From Octopus sinensis (lineage: Eukaryota), in assembly GCF_006345805.1 (NCBI RefSeq), contig NC_043002.1, forward strand, positions 30,380,001 to 30,444,000: DNA of 64,000 nucleotides, given 5' to 3'. Below, in pieces: positions 53,304 through 64,000 of this stretch. The position numbers were made by a program, and so were the translations under genes. The notes beneath the pieces were generated by a model, which did no database searches, was not told where the DNA came from, and saw only the letters and a list, made by a program, of their open reading frames with translations. Positions within the stretch are counted from its first letter, which is position 1; each line of letters starts with the position of its first letter.

Positions 53304-54520
53304 TGACAGCTAATGAAGGGGATTTTTCCTTGTGTAGCATTGTCCTGTACCTTGTTTTTCTGTTGTAAATAATGTTTTTCCCGTTTTCGTTCTCGTCTTG
53401 TTCCACGTCTCTGTCTTTCTGTTGTAACAAAATGGCTTTTCCGTTTTCGTTTCTGTTGAGTTTTACGTCTTTTTGTGGTGTCCTGTACTTATATATATTT
53501 ATATATGCATGTATATATACATGTAGATGTCGGTACGTACATATATGTCTGTATGTATGCATATATATATATATTTGTAAGTAGTTAGGGATTACCGGTT
53601 CACTCAATTAGGTATTCAAAATAGCTTATTGAACAGTTAATTTGTAAATCGAATAATATTCTTATACGATAAGTATTTAAAGATATATTCCGTTGGGCTA
53701 TTCTGAATATATCACCTTAACCGTATAGATTTCGTGGAATATATAATATCAACAATGATAATTATAAGAAATATTACGAAGTTGCACAACATTACCATTA
53801 GTTCTTTTTATATATCTATATGTGCACAGCTTTCTATATATATGTGTGTGTAAGTATATCAGATGTTACCATTATTGTTAGAGGCAGTCCACTCCCTCTG
53901 AGTGATATTTCAAAACAGTCACTCCCCATTGATCCACGTTCCATCTCAACACCAAAACACTAATCTTCCGGGGAATCTGAAATTTTGATTCATTCATCCA
54001 CCTATAATTTACCATTTTTCTGACCTTTCACCAAATTTACTGCAGGGAACGCTGTGTTTCATATATTGTGTGTATTTTTAGCTTAAAATGATAGTTAACA
54101 AAATTTGATAACTACCATTCGGAGGAGCATGGCTTAGTAGTTAGGGTGTTGCTCTTATGACCATAAGTTTGTGGATTCAATTCCACTTAGGGTGGAATGT
54201 TATATGCCAGAGAAACCGGAGAACCGGCCTCGTGTTTTCACAGAGTAATGTGAACTAACCAAGAAATGGAAAGCCACTCAATTGTAGTCCCTTCTACCAC
54301 ACAATAGTTTAAATATATCCATCAGAAAACAGCTGTTTGCCCTCTTCCTTCTACACCTCATGAGAAAAAATATGCATGTTGATTTCATTGTTAAGTGTTA
54401 TGTGCTTCTCTTAGAAATTATATCAAACTCTACGAAGGTGGATAACTGGTTATAGATTTAGGTATAAAAGTAGGATTTACCGTTAGGGGTTTAGATTAAG
54501 GATTAAGTGATCTAGATTCG

Positions 54521-54706
54521 AAACAAGAAAACATAAAAAACACAACAACGCGAGGACGTGGAACAAATATAGTATTATTGGATGCTCAGGAAAAAAGGGA
54601 AGAAGGAGGGTTTAACGTTTCGAGCGGAGCTCTTCGTCGGAAACATAGGAGAAGAAAAGATCCAGAGAAGGGAAGACAGAGGAAAAAAGTCGCCAACGGT
54701 ACACAC

Positions 54707-54710
<4 letters not shown>
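54521..54710 (-). mobile_element. Penelope-type pLTR-like repeat, copy A
   Basis: Same layout as 30268-30480 and 33030-33240 (gctcagg...aacgtttcgagc..gctcttc); nearly identical to 55523-55707. Confidence 0.8.
54610..54644 (-). ncRNA. Minimal hammerhead (U4C, extra A)
   Basis: GTTT-CCGACGA-A-GAGC-tcc-GCTC-GAAA-CG-TT-AAAC. Confidence 0.7.
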
Positions 54711-54737
<27 letters not shown>

Positions 54738-54740
<3 letters not shown>

Positions 54741-55413
54741 GGATTTCCTTGTAGTGAACGGAAAATGAGGGTTCAGTAGGATAAAACATCGATGAAGTTC
54801 TATGGTCACGAATGTGTCTCTTGAGGCCTTCTGGTGCCTTGCAAACCTTTTGGCAAATGGAACATGTTGAGGACTCAGATTGCTTGTGGATACACACACG
54901 CGCGCGCGCCTATACATATATCTTACATTGGAAGAATTTCCTGTCACATTTCAGGATGTACTTAATTGTTATATTTAATCAAAGTCATTTTTTAAAATTC
55001 ACTATAGAGAAGATTATCCGATTTATTTGACAAATTTTCATTCTACGAGCATAAAATTATTCACATTTGAAATCAAAGAAACTTTCAATATCATTTTTAA
55101 TTTCTCAGAATTAGATTTTTTTTTATCTCAAAAATATAGTCAAAGTTTATAGGTAGGTGGAGCAAGGTCAGAAGTGTAGGGAGGATAACTTCCATATTTA
55201 GTGCCATAAACTTTTCCTGAGTGCTGCAAGCAATATGAAGTCTTGCATAATCGTGAAAGAGGAACCTCTATTTATGACTGAGCAATAATGCGTACTTTAA
55301 CCGCAGATGTTTGTGCAATGCTACCAAATGACGACAGTACTTCTCTACATTAACAGTTTTGTTTTAGTTCAGCTCTACTTGACAGACGACCCACTTCAGA
55401 TCGCAACGGATAT

Positions 55414-55420
<7 letters not shown>
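54738..55420 (+). repeat. ~700-bp duplication copy 2; includes a lone C2H2 motif on the minus strand
   Basis: Matches 47303-48000; CSICQKVCKAPEGLKRHIRDH at 54802-54864 (-), with a stop in the other copy. Confidence 0.9.
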
Positions 55421-55507
<87 letters not shown>

Positions 55508-55522
55508 ATATATAGTTAATCC

Positions 55523-55707
55523 AAACAAGAAAACATAAAAAAACACAACAACGCGAGGACGTGGAACAAATAGTATTATTGGACGCTCAGGAAAAAGGGA
55601 AGGAGGGTTTAACGTTTCGAGCGGAGCTCTTCGTCGGAAACATAGGAGAAGAAAAGATCCAGAGAAGGGAAGACAGAGGAAAAAAGTCGCCAACGGTACA
55701 CACGGTA
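55523..55707 (-). mobile_element. Penelope-type pLTR-like repeat, copy B
   Basis: Direct repeat of 54521-54710. Confidence 0.8.
55607..55641 (-). ncRNA. Minimal hammerhead (U4C, extra A)
   Basis: Identical core to 54610-54644. Confidence 0.7.
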
Positions 55708-55728
55708 TATATATATATATATTATATA

Positions 55729-55767
<39 letters not shown>

Positions 55768-55771
<4 letters not shown>

Positions 55772-56030
55772 TAAATAAAACATATGCATATATATGTACA
55801 TATATGTACGTACCTACCTCTACATGTATATATAAATGCATATATGAGTACAGGACACCAAAAAAACGTCGAACACAATGAGAAACGAAACGAAAACATA
55901 GACACAAACACAAGGAACTGGACATTTTTCTTAAACAACAAAAAAAGAGTACAGGACAAATAACACAAGGAAAAAAAACCCTTCTTCAGTCGCCATGGTT
56001 TCATCTACTCTACGTTTCGAATGTATATAT
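55768..56030. repeat. ~240-bp repeat family member (others at 63063-63290, 63305-63570; diverged inverted relative at 53300-53560)
   Basis: Shared gtacgtacctacctctacatgta...gtacaggacacc...acgtcgaacac...aaaaaacccttcttcagtcgc. Confidence 0.85.
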
Positions 56031-56155
56031 GTATGTCCGTTTATCTGTAGTCCACCTATCTATCTATCTTCGTATGTATCTCTCTATCTATCTATCTATC
56101 TAGCTAGCTATGTATTATCTCATCAACTCAGCTCATTCACCGACTTCTGTTTAGA

Positions 56156-56457
56156 TTGTTTGTTCCTTCTCGAGACACGCCTGGCTCATTATGGCCGGTT
56201 TCCCGATTTCCTTGGCGCATAGGTTCCCCACCTGGACAGGACGCCGGTCCGTCGCAGGTGAGCTGCAAGATCCAGGAGGAAAGAGTGAGAGAAAGTTGTA
56301 GCGGAAGAGTCAGCAGAAGTTCGCCTTTACCTTCTGCCGGAGCCGAGTGGAGCTTAGGTGTTTCGCTCATAAACATACATCGCCCGGTCTGAGATTCGAA
56401 CCCGCGATCCCTCGACTGCGGGTCCGCTGCTCTAACCCCTAGACCCTGTGCTTCCAC
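56156..56457 (-). mobile_element. tRNA-derived SINE (37933 family)
   Basis: Reverse complement of the 37933-38238 copy. Confidence 0.9.
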
Positions 56458-57220
56458 TTCTGTTTATATAGCAGCGGATACATCCGGCCGTAACTGTAAA
56501 ACTGATTCGTGTTTACTTACATCCTATTGCTGGTTTCAAGTCCATCTGTCAGTAGAGACTATCATAGAACTGTTAATAATGTTTACCTCATCGTCGTAAC
56601 CGACGGAGTGCTTCCATAATAATGTTTCTTTACTTGGAACTCTATGCATATCGAACAGCAGTGGACTTTATAACTTATATAGGGGTAAAATAATTCCTTG
56701 CACATTACTACAATCAACGGCTTGGTGGTTAATGACTGGAGATTATTTTTCCACATTTATTGTTCTGCTGTGTATTTTCCCCTCTTCTACATACCTCCTG
56801 TTAAAGTTATTAGTATTCCTGCTAATTCCCATCTTCTCGTGGTTTTTGGCCCCTCTTGTAAAACCTGTTTCTTGTCTATTTGTCCATAATCTAAAATTTT
56901 TGTAGAATTCTCTTTTTCTCCGTCTGTTTCCATATAAATATGATCGTAATTCTTTTAAATATTGCGTTGATCTTTTAATTATTCCTCTTTTTTTTTTTTT
57001 CTTTTTCTAACAGGCAACGTACTAAGTTGCTCCTTGAAGACTGTTTTATTACTGGTTGCTTGTCCCATTGTTCGAAACGACTGCCTATTCAAAATTAAGA
57101 ATTTAGAGACTTGAGTAAATACTTATAATAGAGGGGAGCCCACTAATGGCATCAATGGGCTGGAAGAAGATGCTTACTGAAGGTTTTAGTTCAACACATC
57201 AAATGACTGTTAAAATATTG

Positions 57221-57422
57221 GTTTCAAATTTTGGCAAAATGTCAACAATTTCGGGGAAGTGTTTAAGTCGATTACAACGACCCCAGTGATCAACTGGTGT
57301 TTATTTCATCGACCCTGAAGAGATAAAAGACAAAGTCCACCTCGGCGGAAGTTGAACTCAGAACATAAAGCCGAAAGAGATATAACTACGCATTTTGTCC
57401 GGCCCGGTAACGATTTTGCCTT
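57221..57422 (-). mobile_element. Diverged SINE (63664 family)
   Basis: gtcgattacaacgaccccagt...atcgaccctgaagagataaaagacaaagtccacctcggcggaagttgaactcagaac in reverse. Confidence 0.75.
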
Positions 57423-58493
57423 ATTTATGATAATGTATTGATACACATTTCTTTTATGGAAATATCCGAGCAGATTGTTCGAAAAGATTTTCACAATTTT
57501 AATTTCGTATAGTTCAGTAACTGAAGGACAAGCAGAGACCTTAATCTTTACATGAGGTCGGGTTGTCAATTTCAGAAACGGCACTAGACTGCTGAAGATA
57601 TCTGGTTTTGAAAAAAGAAAAGAATGCAAAAACAGTCTGCCAAAAGAACGTACGAATCCAGTATATGATTAACAGGTATTTAGAAATAATGCGTGTCGAA
57701 TATAGGAATATCCAAAGTAAAGAACGAGTGCGTTTTAAGACTAGCAAGCAGTCGCATGTAGACTTGTGAATTTTAGATGGCTAAAAACAGCTGTGAACAA
57801 GAGTATCGCTTAGAAAATAATCGTGATAGGTCAAGCCAATATTATCTTTGATATGAAACTGTTTGTAACGATTACTTTCTTTGTAATGATTTTTAGATAA
57901 CTCCATGTGAAGCGGTGTGGTAATGAGTAAGTCATACCTCTTAGCGACAAAGTAGTTTAAGATATGTGTCAAATTTGTCCATTCCTTCGTACACTTGTTC
58001 CTGTTTGCCGGTGCATGGGAAGTTGGCGCGCAATGCGACCCTCACATCAATGCCTTCTGAGCGTCTTTCTGGCTCCTGGTGTTTGGTGGCGCATCGAATA
58101 CATAGCTGTACGCGCTAGGTGATTCATGTTTGGTGGAGCCGCCGATGTCACACATGTGCCTCACGGCCAGTTGTCTACCTTCAACATGACTAATCTTTTC
58201 TATTGAGATTTTCCACCCTATATACGCGCATGAGTGTATATGCATATATGTATATATGTGTGTGTGTGTCTGTGTTTGTGAGTGTGTGTGTGCATGTGTA
58301 TGTATGTGTGTATATATATATAATATATATTATATATATACATACATATATATAATATTATATATATATATATATACATACATAATATAATTATATAATA
58401 TTATATATATATATATATATAATCATACATATACATATAGATATACATACATGCACAAACACACAACACACACACGCATATATATGTATATAT

Positions 58494-58551
<58 letters not shown>

Positions 58552-58806
58552 GAAAATATTAATGTAATTACGATCTGATATGTGCAAGCTCTCATTATCT
58601 ATTTAAATTGTAATTATGTAGCTATGTATATCTCTGAATGTTCGTGACCAATATAATTAAATACAATCTTACGAGTTATTTATTTATTAACAAATAAATG
58701 AAATGCTAGAGATAACCAAACTATCACTTGATAAATGAATGATATGTTTCCACAACATCACTTCATTTCCTTCGTTGATATTAGCTTTTTTTAGTTTTAT
58801 AAGGCG

Positions 58807-58982
58807 TTCATCATCATCATCACCAACAACAACAACAACAACAACACCACAACAACCACCACCACCATCATCATCATCATCCTTATCATGATCATCATCT
58901 TCATCATGATCATGATCATCATCAACACCACCACCAACAACAACACTACCACTACCACCACCACATCATCATCATCCTTATT

Positions 58983-59018
<36 letters not shown>

Positions 59019-59020
59019 GA

Positions 59021-59059
<39 letters not shown>

Positions 59060-59150
59060 AATCTTCATCATCATCAACATCATGATCATGATCATGATGA
59101 TGATGATCATCATCATCATCATTATTATTATAATTATTATTATTATTATT
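58807..59150. repeat. Compound (CAT/CAA/CAC)n repeat
   Basis: Direct inspection. Confidence 0.9.
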
Positions 59151-59485
59151 TCTTTCTTTCATCTTACTCATTTTCTTTTTGCTCTTTGTCGTCTGTTCTA
59201 AGCTTGAACAATAAAAAAGTAAAATCAAATATAGAAAGAAACATTCATTTGGCTAACAAATCTATATAAAACAATAGGGAAGAGAATGCGTAGAGAGAGA
59301 GAGAGAGATACAGCCGAGTTTCTGATGCTGTCAGGAAACGGAAGTATATAGGGTGCGCCACTGTCCATTACAGTTGATGTGGATGATGCATTGATTGATA
59401 ATGTGACAAAATGCAAGGCAATCAGGTGTATATAATAAATAATCTAATAGATTGTTATCTCGTAATCTCCAGTAAATATAGAATT

Positions 59486-59576
59486 AAATAATAATAATAG
59501 TAATAATAATGATAATAATAATAATAATAATGATGATATTGATAATAATAATAATAATAATAGTTATAATAATGAC

Positions 59577-59643
<67 letters not shown>

Positions 59644-59676
59644 GTAGTAGTAGCAGCAGCAGCAGTAGTAGTAGTT

Positions 59677-59743
<67 letters not shown>

Positions 59744-59818
59744 CGGTAGTATTAGTTGTAGCGGTAGTAGTAGTAGTAGTATTAGTAGTTGTAGTAGTAG
59801 TAGTAGTGGTAGTAGTAG
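59486..59818. repeat. (AAT)n then (AGT)n repeat
   Basis: Direct inspection. Confidence 0.92.
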
Positions 59819-60439
59819 GTACTCCACTTAATTTATCTGCCGCGAAAAGATGAAAAGCAAAGCCGGCTTCAGCGGAACTTGAACTCTGAACGTAAGGACG
59901 TTCAAAATGCTTAATAACTGTTTCAAATTGTGAGCATCAGTGAAAAGATGAAAAAGCTTTAAAATTAGTAATGTTTTCATTCTGTTGTTGCTTGTATTGT
60001 ATAATCTAATTTTATTCTTCTTGTGCAGCTAATTGCAAATCAGTAAACGGTTGTTACGCTATGCTTCTGGCTAGAGATCTCGATTTCGTTTCAGAAGGGA
60101 CCAAAGTGCGCGATACTGAGAAGCAGCAATGCAGCTAAATACGTATCTTCCCCTCTTGTGTTCGATATAGGATCGATTTGACACCGGCTACATGTGAAGT
60201 ATTTTATTTATTTGTCTTTGATACTATATATTTTTACAATAGATTTCCCCGAGAATATACTGCAACTTGTGGCTTTTATTACTTTAATAAAAGTTATCGG
60301 TGAGCACAACTATGCATATATACTGATATCAGAAGATCCAGGCGACCGCAAATTCTAACGTCTGCCTTAAATGAAAGGAATAAAAAAAACAGAAAGCGTT
60401 GTCACAAGATTAGCTTCAAGTCTACATATAATAATAAGA

Positions 60440-61850
60440 AAATCTTAAAGAAAATATACATAAATATTTTGAAACAGGGAAACAGATCCCTCACAGTCAA
60501 CTATCGCCCAATCTCACTCACCTCCCACATCATTAAAGTGTTTGAAAGTGGTAAGATCAAGGATAGCTGGCTTCCTGGCGATCCACAAACTCCTAAATGT
60601 AAATCAGCATGGCCTTCGCTGTGGCAGGGACTGTTTAAAATAGCTCTTATACCACATAGCCTTGGGAACAGGTTCGAACTCTGATGTCATATATCTTGAC
60701 TTCAGTAAAGAGTTCGACAGGGTTGACCATAATATCTTACTCTCAAAATTGGCAAATGTTGGAATCCGTAGAAAACTTCTACACTGGATTGAGTATTTCT
60801 TGGCGAAGAGAACACAAGTTAGCGTCGATGGAGTCCACTGAAGCCCAGAAAAATTCACCAATGGTGTCCCTCAGTGCAGTCTTGGGCACGCTCCTCCTTA
60901 TAATCTATATAAACGACCTTTCCAGCTTCGTAAAACACTGCAAACTGAAAATATTTACTGATGACACTAAGCTCCAGAAAATCATCAATGAAGATGAAGA
61001 CCGAACTCAACTCCAGTCTGATCTATATGCGGTGATTCAATGGGAAGACAAAAACAAAATGCAACTAAACGAGGGAAAGTTTGAACTGATGCATTTTGGA
61101 AGAAAGTCTATACTAAAACAGCCATACTCTCTTCCTTCAAGGGAACCGCTCACAGCATCTAATAATATTATGGACCAAGGAGTAATTGTTGATAACAATC
61201 TCAGTTTGAGTGCCCACATCAACAATAAGGCCGATATAGCTCGTAGAATGACCTCGTGGATCTTAAGAACCTTCCGGTCCAGAGAACAAGGCGTCATTAT
61301 TCCACTTTTCTCCTCCTTTTTACGGCCACACCTCGAATACTGCTGCCCCCTGTGGTCTCCCCATACAAAACAAAACATCTCGAAAACTGAATTGAAGGCA
61401 TGACTGATCTCGATTACTGGGACCTCCTTAAAGCCTTGAAACTCTATGCTCTCCAGCGCCGCCGCGAGCGGTACATCATTTGCACCATGTGGGGAATGTA
61501 CCACCAGTATTGCCCAAACGACGTGAACATTAGCTTCAAGGTTCAACCAAGGCTGAGATCACGAGCCATGCGTCCCCTGTCCAATTCAGGATCACAACAT
61601 ATAGGCAGACTGCGACAAAATTTCTTTTCCTCTACAGGCCTTGCCCTGTTTAACATTATCCTAAAACTGATCAAAGTGGAAAAGGATCCCATCACCTTTA
61701 AACGGAGTCTGGAAAATTTCTTCAAGGAGTACCAGATTAGCCACCCATACCTGGATACATCTCACTCAACAAGAACTTGCAACTTGAATGAACCATGATA
61801 GCACAAAGCTTGGCTTAAAAAGGATTTAGATAATCCTATCAGTTGGTGCT
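60440..61850 (+). mobile_element. CR1/L2-group LINE, 5'-truncated RT with frameshifts
   Basis: NYRPISLTSHIIKVFE, QHGFR, YLDFSKEFDRVDH, LGTLLLIIYINDL...IFTDDTKL, RPHLEYCCPLWSPH, DYWDLLKALKLYALQRRRERY. Confidence 0.92.
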
Positions 61851-62112
61851 ATTAAGTTAGACATGGTCTGGGCCAATCTTTGGTCGAAACATATCTAAGT
61901 TTTCTAAGTTTTATATGGAGAAACGTTGTTCAGCCAGATAGCATAGAGCTTTCGGAAAGGGAATGAAGGAATAGTTATCTGCAGACCTTTAATTGGCGGT
62001 GGCGGAGACAGACAAAAACAGAAAAAATCTCATCACCCCAAATATATATACATACATACACGTGCACGAATATACCACACGTATATATATATATATATAT
62101 ATAATATATATA

Positions 62113-62147
<35 letters not shown>

Positions 62148-62149
62148 TT

Positions 62150-62302
62150 ACGATGGGAATCTTCCAGTTTCTATCTACTGAATCCACTCACTAGTCTTTG
62201 GTCAATTTGAAGCTAAGAAGACACTTACCGAACGTGCCTCGCGGTGTGATTGAACCAGGAACCATGTAGTTGAGAAGCAAGCTTCTTTACCGCACGGCTA
62301 CA
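62150..62302 (-). mobile_element. SINE 5' half (14099 family)
   Basis: ttccagtttctatctactgaatccactcac...gaagacacttacc...ttgaaccaggaaccatgtagttgagaagcaagcttctttaccgcacggc. Confidence 0.75.
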
Positions 62303-63062
62303 TGTGTGTAAATACTCATTTCTATATATTGGCGATTGTGTGTGTGTGTTTATATACATATGCATATATATAAATATAAGTACCTAATATGTAGGTAGGT
62401 ATATATATATGCATATGTATATGCGTGTATACGCAGTATGTGGGCGGGTATGTGTACATCAAATAACGAAAAAAAAAGCAATGCGGACGTGTTCAGTAAC
62501 GGTGATGGTAATGAAACATCGCTGTCTATTGTACTTTCAATGGATTATAGCAACATAAATATGTATATTAATTCATAATCATATTAATTCTTTAATTATT
62601 TAAGAACGTCTCATTACACTCCCATTATCCCTTGTACTATAGCTCGTACTGCGTCAATTTATTTCCACTCTTTCACTCTCATTCTCCCTCCCTCCCTCCG
62701 TCTCTCTGTCAGTCTGTCTGTCTGTCTGTTTCTCTCTCTCTCTCTCTCTCTCTCCTCGCTCTGTCTCTCTCTCCCTCGTTCTCTCAATATTTTACTCTAT
62801 TATTTCCTATCTATATTTCTATTACTCCGTCGCTAGCTTTCGTTCAGTGTTTCATACCGCTTGCTTTCTCTTTTCTCCGTGTTGCTTATATACATATTCA
62901 GTCTTTTTATGCATAAAATGAGTACATATATAAACACTCTCCTTCTGTGCATGTGCCTGTAAGTGTGTGGTTGTGGTGTGTTGTTGCGTGTGTGTATCTC
63001 CCCTGTATATATATATATAATATATTATATATATATATATATTATATATATATATCTATATA

Positions 63063-63570
63063 TATTAATAAATAAAATAAAACATATGCATATATATAAA
63101 CATATATGTACGTACCTACCTCTACATGTACATATACACGCATATATGTGTACAGGACACCAAAAAGACGTCGAACACATAGAGAGACGAAACACATAGA
63201 CACAAACCAAGGAACAAGACAAGCAAAAAAAAGGGAGAGATACAGGACAATAAGCACAACGAAAAAACCCCTTCTTCAGTCGCTAAGATATATATATATA
63301 TATATGTTAATAAAATAGAACATATGCATATATATAAACATATATGTACGTAACTACCTCTACATGTACATATAGACGCATATATGAGTACAGGACACCA
63401 AAAGGACGTCGAACACAATGAGAAACGAAAACATAGACACAAGCCAAAGGAACTGGACATTTTTTTAAACAACAAAAAAAAAAGTACAGGACAATAAACA
63501 CAAAGAAAAAATAGAGTACAGGACAATTAACACAAAGAAAAAAACCCTTCTTCAGTCGCTAAGGTTTCAT
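63063..63570. repeat. Two tandem ~240-260-bp copies of the 55768 family separated by (TA)n
   Basis: Both end in aaaaccc(c)ttcttcagtcgctaag. Confidence 0.85.
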
Positions 63571-63663
63571 ATATATATATATATACTCACACACACTTAG
63601 CATCATATACTTATAATTATGCGTAAATAGTAGGGACGTGTGGGTGAGAGAGAATATATCAGA

Positions 63664-63898
63664 AAGGCGGCGAACCGGCAGAAACTTTAGCACGCCAGGC
63701 GAAATGCTTAGCAGTATTTCGTCTGTCTTTACCTTCGGAGTTCAAATTCCGCCCAGGTCGACTTTGCCTTTCATCCTTTCGGGGTCGATAAATTAAGTAC
63801 CAGATACGCACTGGTGTCGTTGTAATCGACTTAATCCCTTCGTCTGTCCTTGTTTGTCCCCTCTATGTTTAGCCCCTTGTGGGCAGCAAAGAAATAAG
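63664..63898 (+). mobile_element. tRNA-derived SINE, well preserved
   Basis: aaggcggcgaaccggcagaa...gagttcaaattccgcccaggtcgactttgcctttcatcctttcggggtcgataaattaagtaccag...gaaataaga. Confidence 0.88.
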
Positions 63899-64000
63899 AG
63901 AGTATATCAGAAAAATGATGCTGATGATGATGTTAAAAGACACACACAACACACATATATACACACACGCACACACATATATACACACACGCATACATAA

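Noticed and set aside
54802-54864. Host C2H2 zinc-finger gene
   Set aside because: Single finger, no linker array or splice sites, stop codon in the paralogue; more likely a LINE C-terminal remnant.
57014-57114. Exon after the strong acceptor ttttctaacag
   Set aside because: All three frames stop before or at the candidate donor.

Overview
AT-rich, microsatellite-saturated eukaryotic non-coding DNA (intronic or intergenic). The repeat families suggest an octopus-type coleoid cephalopod; this is an inference from repeat style, not a database result. No host gene is confidently identifiable. Nearly all track ORFs are microsatellite translations, and only a few weak splice-bounded exon candidates exist. 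Mobile-element content: tRNA-derived SINEs, decayed CR1/L2-group and RTE LINEs, DNA-transposon fossils (hAT, mariner, Tigger/pogo, Tc1), an ORF1-only non-LTR insertion with a 14-bp TSD, and a Penelope-like element (RT + GIY-YIG). The most striking signal is a dense set of type I hammerhead ribozyme (HHR) motifs. Five lie in a non-coding ~505-bp tandem array that flips orientation mid-array (14781-17392; retrozyme-like). Two mirror-image pairs sit in long inverted repeats (24553-24933, 27303-27431). Two sit in direct repeats flanking a ~0.7-kb cargo that is duplicated elsewhere in the window (54521-55707). Others are at Penelope termini. Ribozyme folds were worked out by eye and cleavage activity is untested.
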